Source of the DNA: Haloquadratum walsbyi C23
GTDB lineage: Archaea > Halobacteriota > Halobacteria > Halobacteriales > Haloferacaceae
DNA length: 32,000 nucleotides
Reading direction: 5' to 3'
Assembly: GCF_000237865.1 (NCBI RefSeq)
Contig: NC_017459.1
Location: forward strand, 2,190,001-2,222,000
The position numbers were made by a program, and so were the translations under genes. Below are positions 17,795-26,026 of the stretch, piece by piece. Numbering within the stretch: position 1 is the stretch's first letter; each line of letters begins with the position of its first letter. The notes under the pieces were generated by a model. The model was not told where the DNA came from and did no database searches. It worked only from the letters and a program-made list of their open reading frames with translations.

Positions 17795-19123
17795 ATGTCT
17801 GAACGTAGTCGACGTGATATTCTCAAAGGACTTGGTGCGGCCGGAACTGCCGGTGTTGTCTCTCTTGCTGGATGTTCACGCCAGTCAGGTGGTGGGTCGA
17901 CAGAGGAACCAGAGACCGAAGCCAGCGATGGCGAGTCGACAGCCACCGAAGAATCAATGGATGAAGCTGAAGATGGTGAGCCAATCGCTCTTGGCTCAAT
18001 ATTCCCAGTCACTGGAACGAATAGTGCATATGGCGGTGGTCACCAGCAGGCATTTAACCTCGCTATTGAGGAGATTAACAACAGTGGAGGCCTCCTCGGT
18101 GGTCGTGAAATTACGGCAGTCAATAACGATACTGAGGGGAGTCCATCGCGATCTGCACAGAAGTTCCGGACAATGATCAATCAGGAAGGTATCGCCGGAC
18201 TCGTTGGTCCATATTCGAGTGGAATTGGAACGACCCTCGCACCGATTGCTCGTGATAACCGAGTCATGGAGATTTCAAATGGAAATACCTCACCTGCACT
18301 CGCAACAGCAGGTGTTAATGAGGATAACGGCGCTAAATACTATGGGCGAACAGCACCGAATGATGTTCAACAAGCCCTTGTTGTTGCACGAGTGTTGAAT
18401 CAAATTGTTGGTGCGGATACGGCTTCTTTCCTGTATGTTGATAATCCATATGGACAAGGACTTGCTGAAGCAGCAAGTGAAGCATTCAGTGGTGAAACAT
18501 TGAATATGGTCGCATATACAAAGGCGACAAATGACTATACCTCAACACTTGATGCTGTGTTTGATGACGATCCAGACGCTGTTGGTGCGGTAATGTATCC
18601 CGGAAACGGTCGAACAATCCTCAGACAGTGGAATCAAGGTGGATACGGCGGACAATGGGTTGGTGCAGAGGCAATTTGGTCACCACAAATGCTCTCTGAC
18701 CTTTCGGATATTGTCGAGGGCATGTATATTACCTCCCCACAAACAGCAAACAGCGAAACATTCCAAGAGAACATGGGCGGAACCGATCAGATTACACAAT
18801 TCGCTCCACACGCATATGATGGCGCGTATCTCATGGGTCTTGCCATGGAGAAAGCTGGTGAGGCAAGTGGAACAGCAATCGCTGAGAATGTCCGAAGTGT
18901 GTCACGACCTAATGATGGTGATACGACAGTATCGGTTGCAGAATTTGATGCTGGGAAAGAGGCGCTCAGTAGTGGAGACGTGAATTATGAAGGTGCTTCC
19001 GGTTCAGTCGATCTTAATGAAGATCTTGAACCAGTTGTTCCATATCGGATTATGGAAGTTTCAAGTGGTGAAGCACAACTGTCTGAAGAAGTGCCACTAT
19101 CATACTTTGAGGGGAAGATCTAG
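17795..19123 (+). CDS. livJ: branched-chain amino acid ABC transporter substrate-binding lipoprotein (Tat signal)
   Basis: MSERSRRDILKGLGAAGTAGVVSLAGCS contains a twin-arginine motif and a lipobox. An acidic Ser/Thr/Glu linker follows, then a type-I periplasmic binding fold (LGSIFPVTG...YGG). Confidence 0.85.
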   Translation: MSERSRRDILKGLGAAGTAGVVSLAGCSRQSGGGSTEEPETEASDGESTATEESMDEAEDGEPIALGSIFPVTGTNSAYGGGHQQAFNLAIEEINNSGGLLGGREITAVNNDTEGSPSRSAQKFRTMINQEGIAGLVGPYSSGIGTTLAPIARDNRVMEISNGNTSPALATAGVNEDNGAKYYGRTAPNDVQQALVVARVLNQIVGADTASFLYVDNPYGQGLAEAASEAFSGETLNMVAYTKATNDYTSTLDAVFDDDPDAVGAVMYPGNGRTILRQWNQGGYGGQWVGAEAIWSPQMLSDLSDIVEGMYITSPQTANSETFQENMGGTDQITQFAPHAYDGAYLMGLAMEKAGEASGTAIAENVRSVSRPNDGDTTVSVAEFDAGKEALSSGDVNYEGASGSVDLNEDLEPVVPYRIMEVSSGEAQLSEEVPLSYFEGKI

Positions 19124-19290
19124 TTACTGCGTACTGCGAGAATATTATATTCATCACTCTCAAGTTCTGATTTAGGATTGCGCACTGCATATGAGATGAT
19201 TCATATGTGAATCCTCACACAATCGTTGACTTTATGTCTCTATTTTTCTGTGGCACGCGCACAAAGGCGTGGCTGAGACATCTCGATCAA

Positions 19291-19480
19291 ATTGACATCC
19301 TCCTCCGCGTGAACGCGGAGGAATCCCACGGCACCACACCGCTTGGGTTGGGATATTAGGGTTTGCAGTCTCCCACCTCTGCCCGAGGTTGGAATCCTCG
19401 GGAAAGGTCATAAAGGTAGACTCCGGGCTGTGCCAACCAGCCGGTACTCCTATCCCCACCCAAATCGGGTGCAGACTCAG
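19291..19480 (-). ncRNA. predicted omega RNA (reRNA) scaffold region of the TnpB element
   Basis: By analogy with characterised TnpB systems, the guide RNA scaffold overlaps the tnpB 3' end and runs to the RE. A 9-bp hairpin tcctccgcg-tgaa-cgcggagga lies at 19301-19322. The 5' extent is not determinable by eye. Confidence 0.3.
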
Positions 19481-20720
19481 AGTTACTTTGATTAATGTCG
19501 AGACGGATATTCTCCGCCCCATTCACATCAGCGTTGAACGCATCCCCGTCGCCGTCGCCGTCGCCGTGTTCTTCACACACGTACAAGCCACGCTCAACAC
19601 GCTGACTCTCGTCTTCTCTCCCACAGACACAACACGTCTTGCTTGTGTCGCGCTCTGACACTTCTCCGACTTCGATTCCCTCACCCTTCGCTTTGTATTC
19701 GAGGATGTTCGAGAACCTGTCGAAGGCCCACCCGTGCAAGTCAAGATTACCGTGCTTCCCCCAGTTCTTCGACTCACCGTTACCGTTGTCGTCTTCGCGG
19801 ACACCAGCGAGTTTTCCGATGTTGATGCGCCCAACACCGTTTTCGATGCATCGCTGAACGATGTGTGTCGCCAAAGAGTGGAAAAAGTGGGTTCGGCGCT
19901 CCGACCACTTCGCATGGAGTCGAGTAGCCCTGTCACCACCAGAGTCATCACACTTGGCGATTTCTTTCGGGAAGTAGTAGCCGTCCTGTTTCAGGCGGTT
20001 GCCGGGGTAGAGGTCGGCTTCCTCGGTGCTGTACGAGATAGCGGCGAAGTTACAGATACCGAGGTCGATACCAGCAGTCTCGGTGCCGGGCGCGGTGGGT
20101 GTCTCGATTTCGTGCTTGCAGACGAGGTGAAGTTCCCACCGCTGTTTCGCCCTATCGTAGACTGTTCGAACCTGTTGGAGGTTCTCGACGGTGACACCGG
20201 GTGCGGTTTCGTACTCAATAAGGATGTATTCCCACGCTTTCGGGTGTTGTTTGTGATTCGCGCCTTTTGAGAGTCGAACGCGGTTGTTCTTGGTGTCGTG
20301 TTTGATGCCGTTCTGCTTCCACGTTACTGTTGAACGAGGGTGTTCTTCGTGGACGCGGCGACCCTGTTGGTCGTAGTAGTTTTTTTTGCGGTAGCCGGGC
20401 GGATTCGCTCGACTGTCAGACTTCCTCTTGCCGTACCACGAGTTGAAGGCTTCAGCGAGTTCCTCCAGAACGCGCTGACTGGATTGACTGTGCAATCCCT
20501 TGTAGTTATTGTGAGTCTTCAACTCGGTTTTGAGGTCGCCGTGGTCGGGTATCTCGCCCGTGGCTTCCCACTGTTGTCGAGAGTGGTAGTTGGCGACATT
20601 CCAGAGTTTCGATGCACTCCACCCATGCCGGTCAAGCGAGTCCGCTACCTGTGCGTGGTTGCAGATCTTCGCTTGATGGGTTCGGTGGACTTCCAACATT
20701 CTGAACGTCTGTATAATCAT
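19356..20720 (-). CDS. tnpB: TnpB (IS1341-type RNA-guided endonuclease, OrfB family)
   Basis: 454 aa. RuvC-I is AGIDLGICN. The zinc finger reads CCVCG...YVCEEHG. RuvC-III is FNADVNGAENI. An alternative start is Met8 (20699, MLEVHRT), with gtataaat about 25 nt upstream. Confidence 0.9.
   Translation of the reverse strand: MIIQTFRMLEVHRTHQAKICNHAQVADSLDRHGWSASKLWNVANYHSRQQWEATGEIPDHGDLKTELKTHNNYKGLHSQSSQRVLEELAEAFNSWYGKRKSDSRANPPGYRKKNYYDQQGRRVHEEHPRSTVTWKQNGIKHDTKNNRVRLSKGANHKQHPKAWEYILIEYETAPGVTVENLQQVRTVYDRAKQRWELHLVCKHEIETPTAPGTETAGIDLGICNFAAISYSTEEADLYPGNRLKQDGYYFPKEIAKCDDSGGDRATRLHAKWSERRTHFFHSLATHIVQRCIENGVGRINIGKLAGVREDDNGNGESKNWGKHGNLDLHGWAFDRFSNILEYKAKGEGIEVGEVSERDTSKTCCVCGREDESQRVERGLYVCEEHGDGDGDGDAFNADVNGAENIRLDINQSNSESAPDLGGDRSTGWLAQPGVYLYDLSRGFQPRAEVGDCKP
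19547..19568. repeat. hexanucleotide tandem repeat (cgtcgc x3 plus partial) inside tnpB, encoding GDGDGDGD
   Basis: Direct reading. The remnant copy at 6157-6363 has HGDMCNAD where this copy has HGDGDGDGDAFNAD. Confidence 0.8.
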
Positions 20721-20830
20721 TTATACTCGCTTCAGTATTAACGTTTGGTGTTTGAGAATGGTGGAATATCCCGTCCAGCCATCGGCGGTGGTTGCGGAGG
20801 AGTTGTCGGATTCATCCCGCGCCTGAAGAC

Positions 20831-21089
20831 CTGTCTCTTACCCACAACTCGAGTCAGGATTTTAGCGGAACGGGATCGGGATCGGCGAGCACGACTGAAA
20901 TCCTCGGTATCTACAGTTTCAGCACCTCTTTGGAACAATTGTAGTGAGCTTGATTACCGGCGTTCTGTCACCCCCACAGCCGATATCACTATTTGAATCG
21001 CTTCTCGCCTCGATTTTTTGATTCAAAATACCTCTGAGAGCGTCTGAAACGTCCGGTTACGACTCCACGAACGTATGGGTAAAAGACAG
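20831..21089 (-). mobile_element. MITE copy 2 (259 bp), inverted relative to copies 1 and 3
   Basis: Termini are ctgtctcttacccacaac... and ...tgggtaaaagacag. It is flanked by gcctgaagac at 20821-20830 and 21090-21099. The interior is nearly identical to copy 3; the ORF-track peptides across the two copies are identical. Confidence 0.85.
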
Positions 21090-21099
21090 GCCTGAAGAC

Positions 21100-22760
21100 C
21101 TGTCTCTTACCCATAACTCAATACTAGAGGGTAATTTCGACCAAATCAGGCATGAAAAGAAGAAATCAATCAAATTTCCATCAGTATCTGCCCAAGATTA
21201 GAGAAGTATCCATGAAGCCGCTTGGAAAGCTCAGCTGAACTCGTTATTTCGGCGGGTTCTGCTGAATGAGCCGCGAAGCGCGCTCATTCAGTACCGAGTT
21301 CGTATCCTTCAGCCCACATGCGTAGCTTCTGGAGTCCTTTCCACATCGTCTTCCACCCTGGTGGCGGATCTGAACCACGATCAAGATAACCGCCGAGTTT
21401 AGCCACGCTCACTGCGTATGATTTCCCATCTTGACCGCTCAATTCTGGAAATTTCGTTTCCAGAATTGTGCGCTCTGCCTCACTCAGCAGGACCGCCGGA
21501 GATACTGAACTATCATCACGAGCAAGTTCTCGTAGCTCCAGAACTTTCCACGCGATCACTGAATACATGCTCAACAACACTTCCATCCGCTCCCAAGTCT
21601 GCAGTTGCCGTTCTTCGATGTTACAGCCACTCTTGAGCACTTTATGCCAGTCTTCAATTCGCCAGCGGAGACCGTAATAGTCGATGAGTGTCAGCGTTTC
21701 CTCAAACTCTTCGACCGATTCAGTGGTGAGCAACACCCACTGAATCGGGTCGTCATTTTCACCGACCTCGTCAACTCTCACGACATTCACCTCGATTGAA
21801 CCCTCTTGTTCAGGATTATTCTTTGGCGCGCGCAACTCACACGTTCCAGTGGCTATCGACAACTCCGCTGTTCTCGCTTCGCGCCCACCTCCCTGTTGAA
21901 TCTCGATTGTTTTGCGACCTTGCTCGGCAAGGTCGCTGCTCCAGTCAAAGAGTTTTCCAGGTTCACCATCATCAGTCCAAATCCGTCGGTTTTGACTCGC
22001 TCGGATGATGAAGCCAGCATTTTCCATCTCTCTGGTGACTCCCTCGTAGAACGCGAATGAATCTGCGCCTCGGTCATGGATAAATAGCGGGCGGATATCG
22101 TCGGCAAGCCAGTCTCTGGCTTGCCTGTCGCCACGGCTCCATTTCTCATGTTCACTGTCAAGTTGAATCGGCTCTGCTTTGCCGTTGGCATCGTACTTCT
22201 CATCGGCCTGCTGGTCCTCGATCAGCGGCTGCTGATCGATGACCCCAGTCATTCGATGGGTCCGTGGATTGATTCCGATCGTGGAGTGAAGCTTGATACC
22301 TTCGAGATCCATTTCAGAGTTGCCAATATCGCCGAGACCCTCCTTGGAGGGGTGTCTCGGAAACACGAGTTCGGTGGTATCGGAGACAATCAGGAGTTCG
22401 TCTGACCGACTCACTCTTGATTGCTGTTGCTGCTTGTGAGCAGAGAGAACCTCGTTGGGATCCACACTCTCATTATCGCAAAATCGGTATGTAGCTTTTG
22501 TGGACGCCCAGTCTCCGCAGGCAGCAGGGATGGACTCGGCAGGTGAGCTGCCGAGTTCATCCCCAAGTTGTACTAGTCGGTCACTCAGGCGCTTGTCTCC
22601 AAACTCGGCTGATCGAAACTCCGTTTGAATCCATCCTGAAACATCCATGTCACACAGCTGCCCATCTTCATCGAGTTCTGGCTTCCAACTCCGTGAGCGA
22701 CGCCCCATCTACCAATCTTGGTTCGTCTACTCTTGTATTACACTTGTGGGTAAGAGACAG
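21100..22760 (-). mobile_element. IS4-family (IS50/Tn5-like) insertion sequence, 1661 bp
   Basis: Imperfect terminal inverted repeats are ctgtctcttacccataactcaatac and (reverse complement) ctgtctcttacccacaagtgtaatac. The first 10 nt equal the Tn5 mosaic end CTGTCTCTTA. The element is flanked by gcctgaagac at 21090-21099 and 22761-22770. Confidence 0.9.
21284..22708 (-). CDS. IS4-family DDE transposase (Tn5 Tnp-like)
   Basis: 474 aa. The N-terminus FGDKRLSDRLVQLG...ATYRFCDNESV is like the Tn5 Tnp DNA-binding region. DDE context is IVSDTTEL and FIHDRGADSF. The Y(2)R(3)E(6)K signature appears in YGLRWRIEDWHKVLK. Confidence 0.9.
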   Translation of the reverse strand: MGRRSRSWKPELDEDGQLCDMDVSGWIQTEFRSAEFGDKRLSDRLVQLGDELGSSPAESIPAACGDWASTKATYRFCDNESVDPNEVLSAHKQQQQSRVSRSDELLIVSDTTELVFPRHPSKEGLGDIGNSEMDLEGIKLHSTIGINPRTHRMTGVIDQQPLIEDQQADEKYDANGKAEPIQLDSEHEKWSRGDRQARDWLADDIRPLFIHDRGADSFAFYEGVTREMENAGFIIRASQNRRIWTDDGEPGKLFDWSSDLAEQGRKTIEIQQGGGREARTAELSIATGTCELRAPKNNPEQEGSIEVNVVRVDEVGENDDPIQWVLLTTESVEEFEETLTLIDYYGLRWRIEDWHKVLKSGCNIEERQLQTWERMEVLLSMYSVIAWKVLELRELARDDSSVSPAVLLSEAERTILETKFPELSGQDGKSYAVSVAKLGGYLDRGSDPPPGWKTMWKGLQKLRMWAEGYELGTE

Positions 22761-22986
22761 GCCTGAAGACGCGGGTATTCTCCTCGAAATTCTATAATAA
22801 CTCTGAGCATTCGCTTACACTGAATATCACAATGCAGTGATTGACCGGTACAGTACACAATGTGGCATAGTCGGCTTGTGACGTCGCCAAATGCTCATAT
22901 TGATACATTGTTAATATGATGAGGGAATATGTGTAATACCAAGAGACATACTCACGGTGCTATTGAGTTCCGCTATAACTAATACA

Positions 22987-24285
22987 ATGTCTGTAAATAT
23001 TGAAACACACTGGCATCCAACGACTAAATTAAATGCCATTGGGAATGAGCTTGATTTTAGTCGCATCGATCCACTTCCATCAGGGGTCGAACGCGATCAA
23101 ATTGAGGAATACTGTTATACTGTTGAACAGTTGTATGGAGCATATATCGAAACAATTAGGAATAAAACAATTCTTTCACAGCGAGAGGCACAGACATGGG
23201 TTCTTCGGAATCTTGTCCATGAGGGAGCTGATCGACTTACTTTTGATGCAGTTGGACTATATATATGGGCAATTGGACGAGAGACAAGCGGTGATCCACT
23301 TTCACGAACAATCATTGCTGAGTATCACGACCATGCGGTGTCAAAAATTGATGATGCAACAGCAACGATGATGCATGCCGGTGCACCGCCATATCCGGAT
23401 GATGTGCTTGATGACCCAGTCGCGCTATGGGTTGACGCCACTGCACGGCGGCGAATCGCCAATCGGCGATTGACAGATGAAAGTTATAGCGACGTGCTTG
23501 AGCGATTGCTTGATGAAACCGCTCACACAATTTCACTTGAAGAGCTTGTTAAGACGTATCAGAACCAGTTTAATTCACTCGCGACGGTTGCTGTCCAGAC
23601 CGTGCGACCAGCATGGGACCGCGAAATTCCGCTCTCAGTGCATATCAACTCTGAAGATGAGACATCGGTTGATGAGCCCAATGATATCACGACATCGCAG
23701 TTGATTCCAGAAGTAGTCTCAACGGCAGATATGCTCTCATTCAGCAATCAAGTGCTTCCATTTAGCGTTGAAAGCCGCCCTGCAACAACTGGAACAGACT
23801 CAATGCTTGTCGTCTATGCTGACGGAGTTCATCATGAGTCTGTCTCGATCGCAGACGGTATTGTCCGATTGACCCGAGCGATTGACGCAGCAGATGAGAC
23901 GCTTCAGACAGTCAGTGACCGGGCTCAAGCGAGTGGAGTCTGCGCACTTGGCGTGCGGAATGAGCCAGTTGGCAATGGTGTGCATCTTGTGCTGATCGCC
24001 CCATCATCACTGGCGGTACATCCTGGGGATGAGCCTGGTGGCTTTATTCCACCAGAGCGACTTTCAGTTGCTGATCGGACACTGTCGGTTGAGCGGGTAA
24101 CAAATGTAACCCCAACACTGTATCACGAGGAATATCGCCCGGATACAACGCTTATTTGGGTTGCAAATAAGACGTCGATGGCTGAATCATGTGTTGAGAG
24201 TCATCTTGATGGGCCTTCCTCGATTCCAGAGACAAATAGCGCACAACGAGAATTGTTCCCAACGTCAGTGCTCCAGACCGGATGA
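22987..24285 (+). CDS. hypothetical protein with possible N-terminal helix-turn-helix segment
   Basis: 432 aa from the ATG at 22987; the tracked ORF starts at an upstream GTG at 22957. ILSQREAQTWVLRNLVHEG resembles LuxR/sigma-70-region-4-type HTH sequences. The rest is unrecognised. Confidence 0.55.
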   Translation: MSVNIETHWHPTTKLNAIGNELDFSRIDPLPSGVERDQIEEYCYTVEQLYGAYIETIRNKTILSQREAQTWVLRNLVHEGADRLTFDAVGLYIWAIGRETSGDPLSRTIIAEYHDHAVSKIDDATATMMHAGAPPYPDDVLDDPVALWVDATARRRIANRRLTDESYSDVLERLLDETAHTISLEELVKTYQNQFNSLATVAVQTVRPAWDREIPLSVHINSEDETSVDEPNDITTSQLIPEVVSTADMLSFSNQVLPFSVESRPATTGTDSMLVVYADGVHHESVSIADGIVRLTRAIDAADETLQTVSDRAQASGVCALGVRNEPVGNGVHLVLIAPSSLAVHPGDEPGGFIPPERLSVADRTLSVERVTNVTPTLYHEEYRPDTTLIWVANKTSMAESCVESHLDGPSSIPETNSAQRELFPTSVLQTG

Positions 24286-24407
24286 GTGAATATAAAGATA
24301 ATAAATTCACAGATAGTTGAGTACATTGAGGAGATTCACTAGCAAATCTTTTGTTTCATTCATCAGAGTGCGTACGGCTAATTTTATAAGTTGACCAAGG
24401 CGAATGC

Positions 24408-24420
24408 CGGGGCTTGACCC
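24408..24420 (+). repeat. 13-nt direct repeat cggggcttgaccc, copy 1 (weak hairpin)
   Basis: Identical 13-mer at 24651-24663. Confidence 0.7.
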
Positions 24421-24647
24421 GTGTATGAAGCTGACGTGTAGTGTTATAAAATATAAATCACAGGATCATGAGTACTACGATGGACGACACCTGCTACATT
24501 CAGCTTCAAGTGCAAAAACACGGACGGTTGGATGGTCTGCTGTCGCCACAAGCTCGGTCGGGGAGAGGCCGAATCAACGCTTGTGGAGACTGTGCCCCCT
24601 GTAGATTTCCTTGTGAGATCTGCAAAGTGCGTCGTGGAAACAGGAAG

Positions 24648-24668
24648 CCTCGGGGCTTGACCCTGAGG
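24648..24668 (+). repeat. hairpin cctcgggg-cttga-ccctgagg containing 13-nt repeat copy 2
   Basis: 8-bp stem with one G:U on the plus strand, which would be an A-C mismatch on the minus strand. It lies 24 nt from the stop of the minus-strand gene 24692-24946. Confidence 0.6.
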
Positions 24669-24691
24669 CACTTCACATCCCATAATCAACA

Positions 24692-24946
24692 TCAGGTATC
24701 CTCAATCTTCTCGATCTGCTCCTGTAACTCTTCGATGTCCTGTTCATCAGTTGTTCCCCAAACGGTGACGATACCGATAGCAAAAAGGAATATAATACCC
24801 CAGCCAAGTGTCGCAAACTCAGCAGGCACGTACAGAGTGAAAATACCATCAATCACACCTTCTAGTGAAAAGACGATTATGACAGGACCAATTACCTCTC
24901 GTGGTATGAAATGATTAATATACGCTTTGAGGATTCGCGCATTCAT
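24692..24946 (-). CDS. small membrane protein, hypothetical
   Basis: 84 aa with two hydrophobic helices and an acidic C-terminal tail (DEQDIEELQEQIEKIEDT). Confidence 0.5.
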   Translation of the reverse strand: MNARILKAYINHFIPREVIGPVIIVFSLEGVIDGIFTLYVPAEFATLGWGIIFLFAIGIVTVWGTTDEQDIEELQEQIEKIEDT

Positions 24947-25050
24947 ATTTGGACCACACTATCTCAACTGGAATAAGTCATTATCGTCTGAAGTCTCTAA
25001 GGGGCTCCTTCGAGGCAAGTATCTCCCTCAGAAATCATTGAATTATCAAT

Positions 25051-25359
25051 TTACCTGGCATCAACAAACTGTGTGATTGATACAAGATAGCCGGTCAGTA
25101 TCACTCCGGCAATCCCGCTGATTACCACACCAGCAATTGTCACTAGTAATGTGTGTGTGAACAGTGGTGCAATGAGCGACTCAGCAATACCCCACCCGAC
25201 GAATACAAACAATAGTGCAATACACATCCCCAGAGTGAATAATTCACCATAATGTGAGCGAAAAGAACCCGAACATGGTGCAGACAGATAGTATCGATTA
25301 TATTGATTGACTTTGTCACCCAGTCGTCGTCGAACACCAGGCGGATCTAAGTCTGTCAC
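25051..25359 (-). CDS. small membrane protein, hypothetical
   Basis: 102 aa with a basic N-terminus and two or three hydrophobic helices. Confidence 0.5.
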   Translation of the reverse strand: MTDLDPPGVRRRLGDKVNQYNRYYLSAPCSGSFRSHYGELFTLGMCIALLFVFVGWGIAESLIAPLFTHTLLVTIAGVVISGIAGVILTGYLVSITQFVDAR

Positions 25360-25576
25360 GTATTCAATGAGTTGTCAATTCCACCTGAAGGTATTCCTGG
25401 ATAGTTTAACATTTTATTATCGGTGAAAATCCCCACTCGTTCGCGAGCACAAATTCCAAAGGAGAAGTGCTGAATGATCGTTCCAACTGGTATCTTATCG
25501 GGTTCGATCTGATACATTCGAATCGCTGCCGCACAACACCCTTCAATTTAAACGCAGTCTTTGATAAATAATAATC

Positions 25577-25996
25577 ATGTCAGATTTACTCCTCATATAT
25601 GATGATCGAAATAGCTTGTTTCGGGGTGGAGCCCGTCAGGTTGCCCGCGTGTCTGATGGAATACGACTTGTTCCATGGCAGGCAAAGATTACTCGAGAGT
25701 TCTTTCAAGCGCAATTTGGCGATCATCTGTTTGCGTTTGTATTAATTAATCCAGAGACGAACCGCGTCCACGCTGGCGGAAAAACAGTACGGCGTCTGCT
25801 GCAAGATAGAGGAGCTCCACGTTCTGTTGCAACTACGATTGAAGGAATATATCAAGTCATTGGTGACCAATTTGGTCGGATTGTCCATGGGCAGACACCA
25901 GCAGATATTGACGGAACATTTCCCATCAATGAAAATGCTCGACCACATATCAAGGTCATTCAGCGTAAGTGTTCACTTGGATCCTGTGAAGAGTAG
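25577..25996 (+). CDS. DCC-family (DUF393) thiol-disulfide oxidoreductase-like protein lacking the CxxC motif
   Basis: 139 aa. LLIYDDRNSLFRGGARQVARVSDGIRLVPWQ aligns with the remembered family pattern vlYDGxCxxC...rf.p.Q. The cysteine positions are N and F here. Confidence 0.4.
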   Translation: MSDLLLIYDDRNSLFRGGARQVARVSDGIRLVPWQAKITREFFQAQFGDHLFAFVLINPETNRVHAGGKTVRRLLQDRGAPRSVATTIEGIYQVIGDQFGRIVHGQTPADIDGTFPINENARPHIKVIQRKCSLGSCEE

Positions 25997-26026
25997 ATCA
26001 TTAATTGCAGTCAATTTTGATAACTA

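Larger units (their letters stand above)
19291..22802 (-). mobile_element. IS1341-type (tnpB-only IS200/IS605-family) element carrying a nested MITE and IS4-like IS in its LE hairpin
   Basis: The RE limit is inferred where three RE-like copies diverge after GGATRTCAAW (19291-19300 on the plus strand). The LE limit is inferred where the two LE-type units lose similarity (about 22802). Subtracting the 1940-bp nested insertion leaves about 1.57 kb, a normal size for such elements. Confidence 0.55.

Noticed and set aside
19232-19522. ORF 19232-19522 (-) overlapping the tnpB 3' end.
   Set aside because: It is out of frame with tnpB and spans the RE hairpin region. This region is better explained as the omega-RNA/RE non-coding segment.
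20738-20996. ORFs 20738-20938 (-) and 20745-20996 (+), and their twins 30683-30886 (-) and 30741-31145 (+).
   Set aside because: They lie inside or run through the MITE copies. Identical peptides simply reflect the repeated DNA, and no protein-like composition or start context is present. The 3' part of 30741-31145 is real integrase coding sequence but is annotated as a pseudogene.
24380-24700. Possible SRP (7S) RNA or RNase P RNA on the minus strand. A hairpin followed by CCUGUUUCC resembles the Alu-domain hairpin/UGUAAC arrangement.
   Set aside because: The highly conserved helix-8 motif (GGAA/GNAR loop with AGCA-type asymmetric loop) is absent. The RNase P CR-I GAGGAAAGUCC box is absent. 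The key hairpin also has an A-C mismatch on the minus strand.
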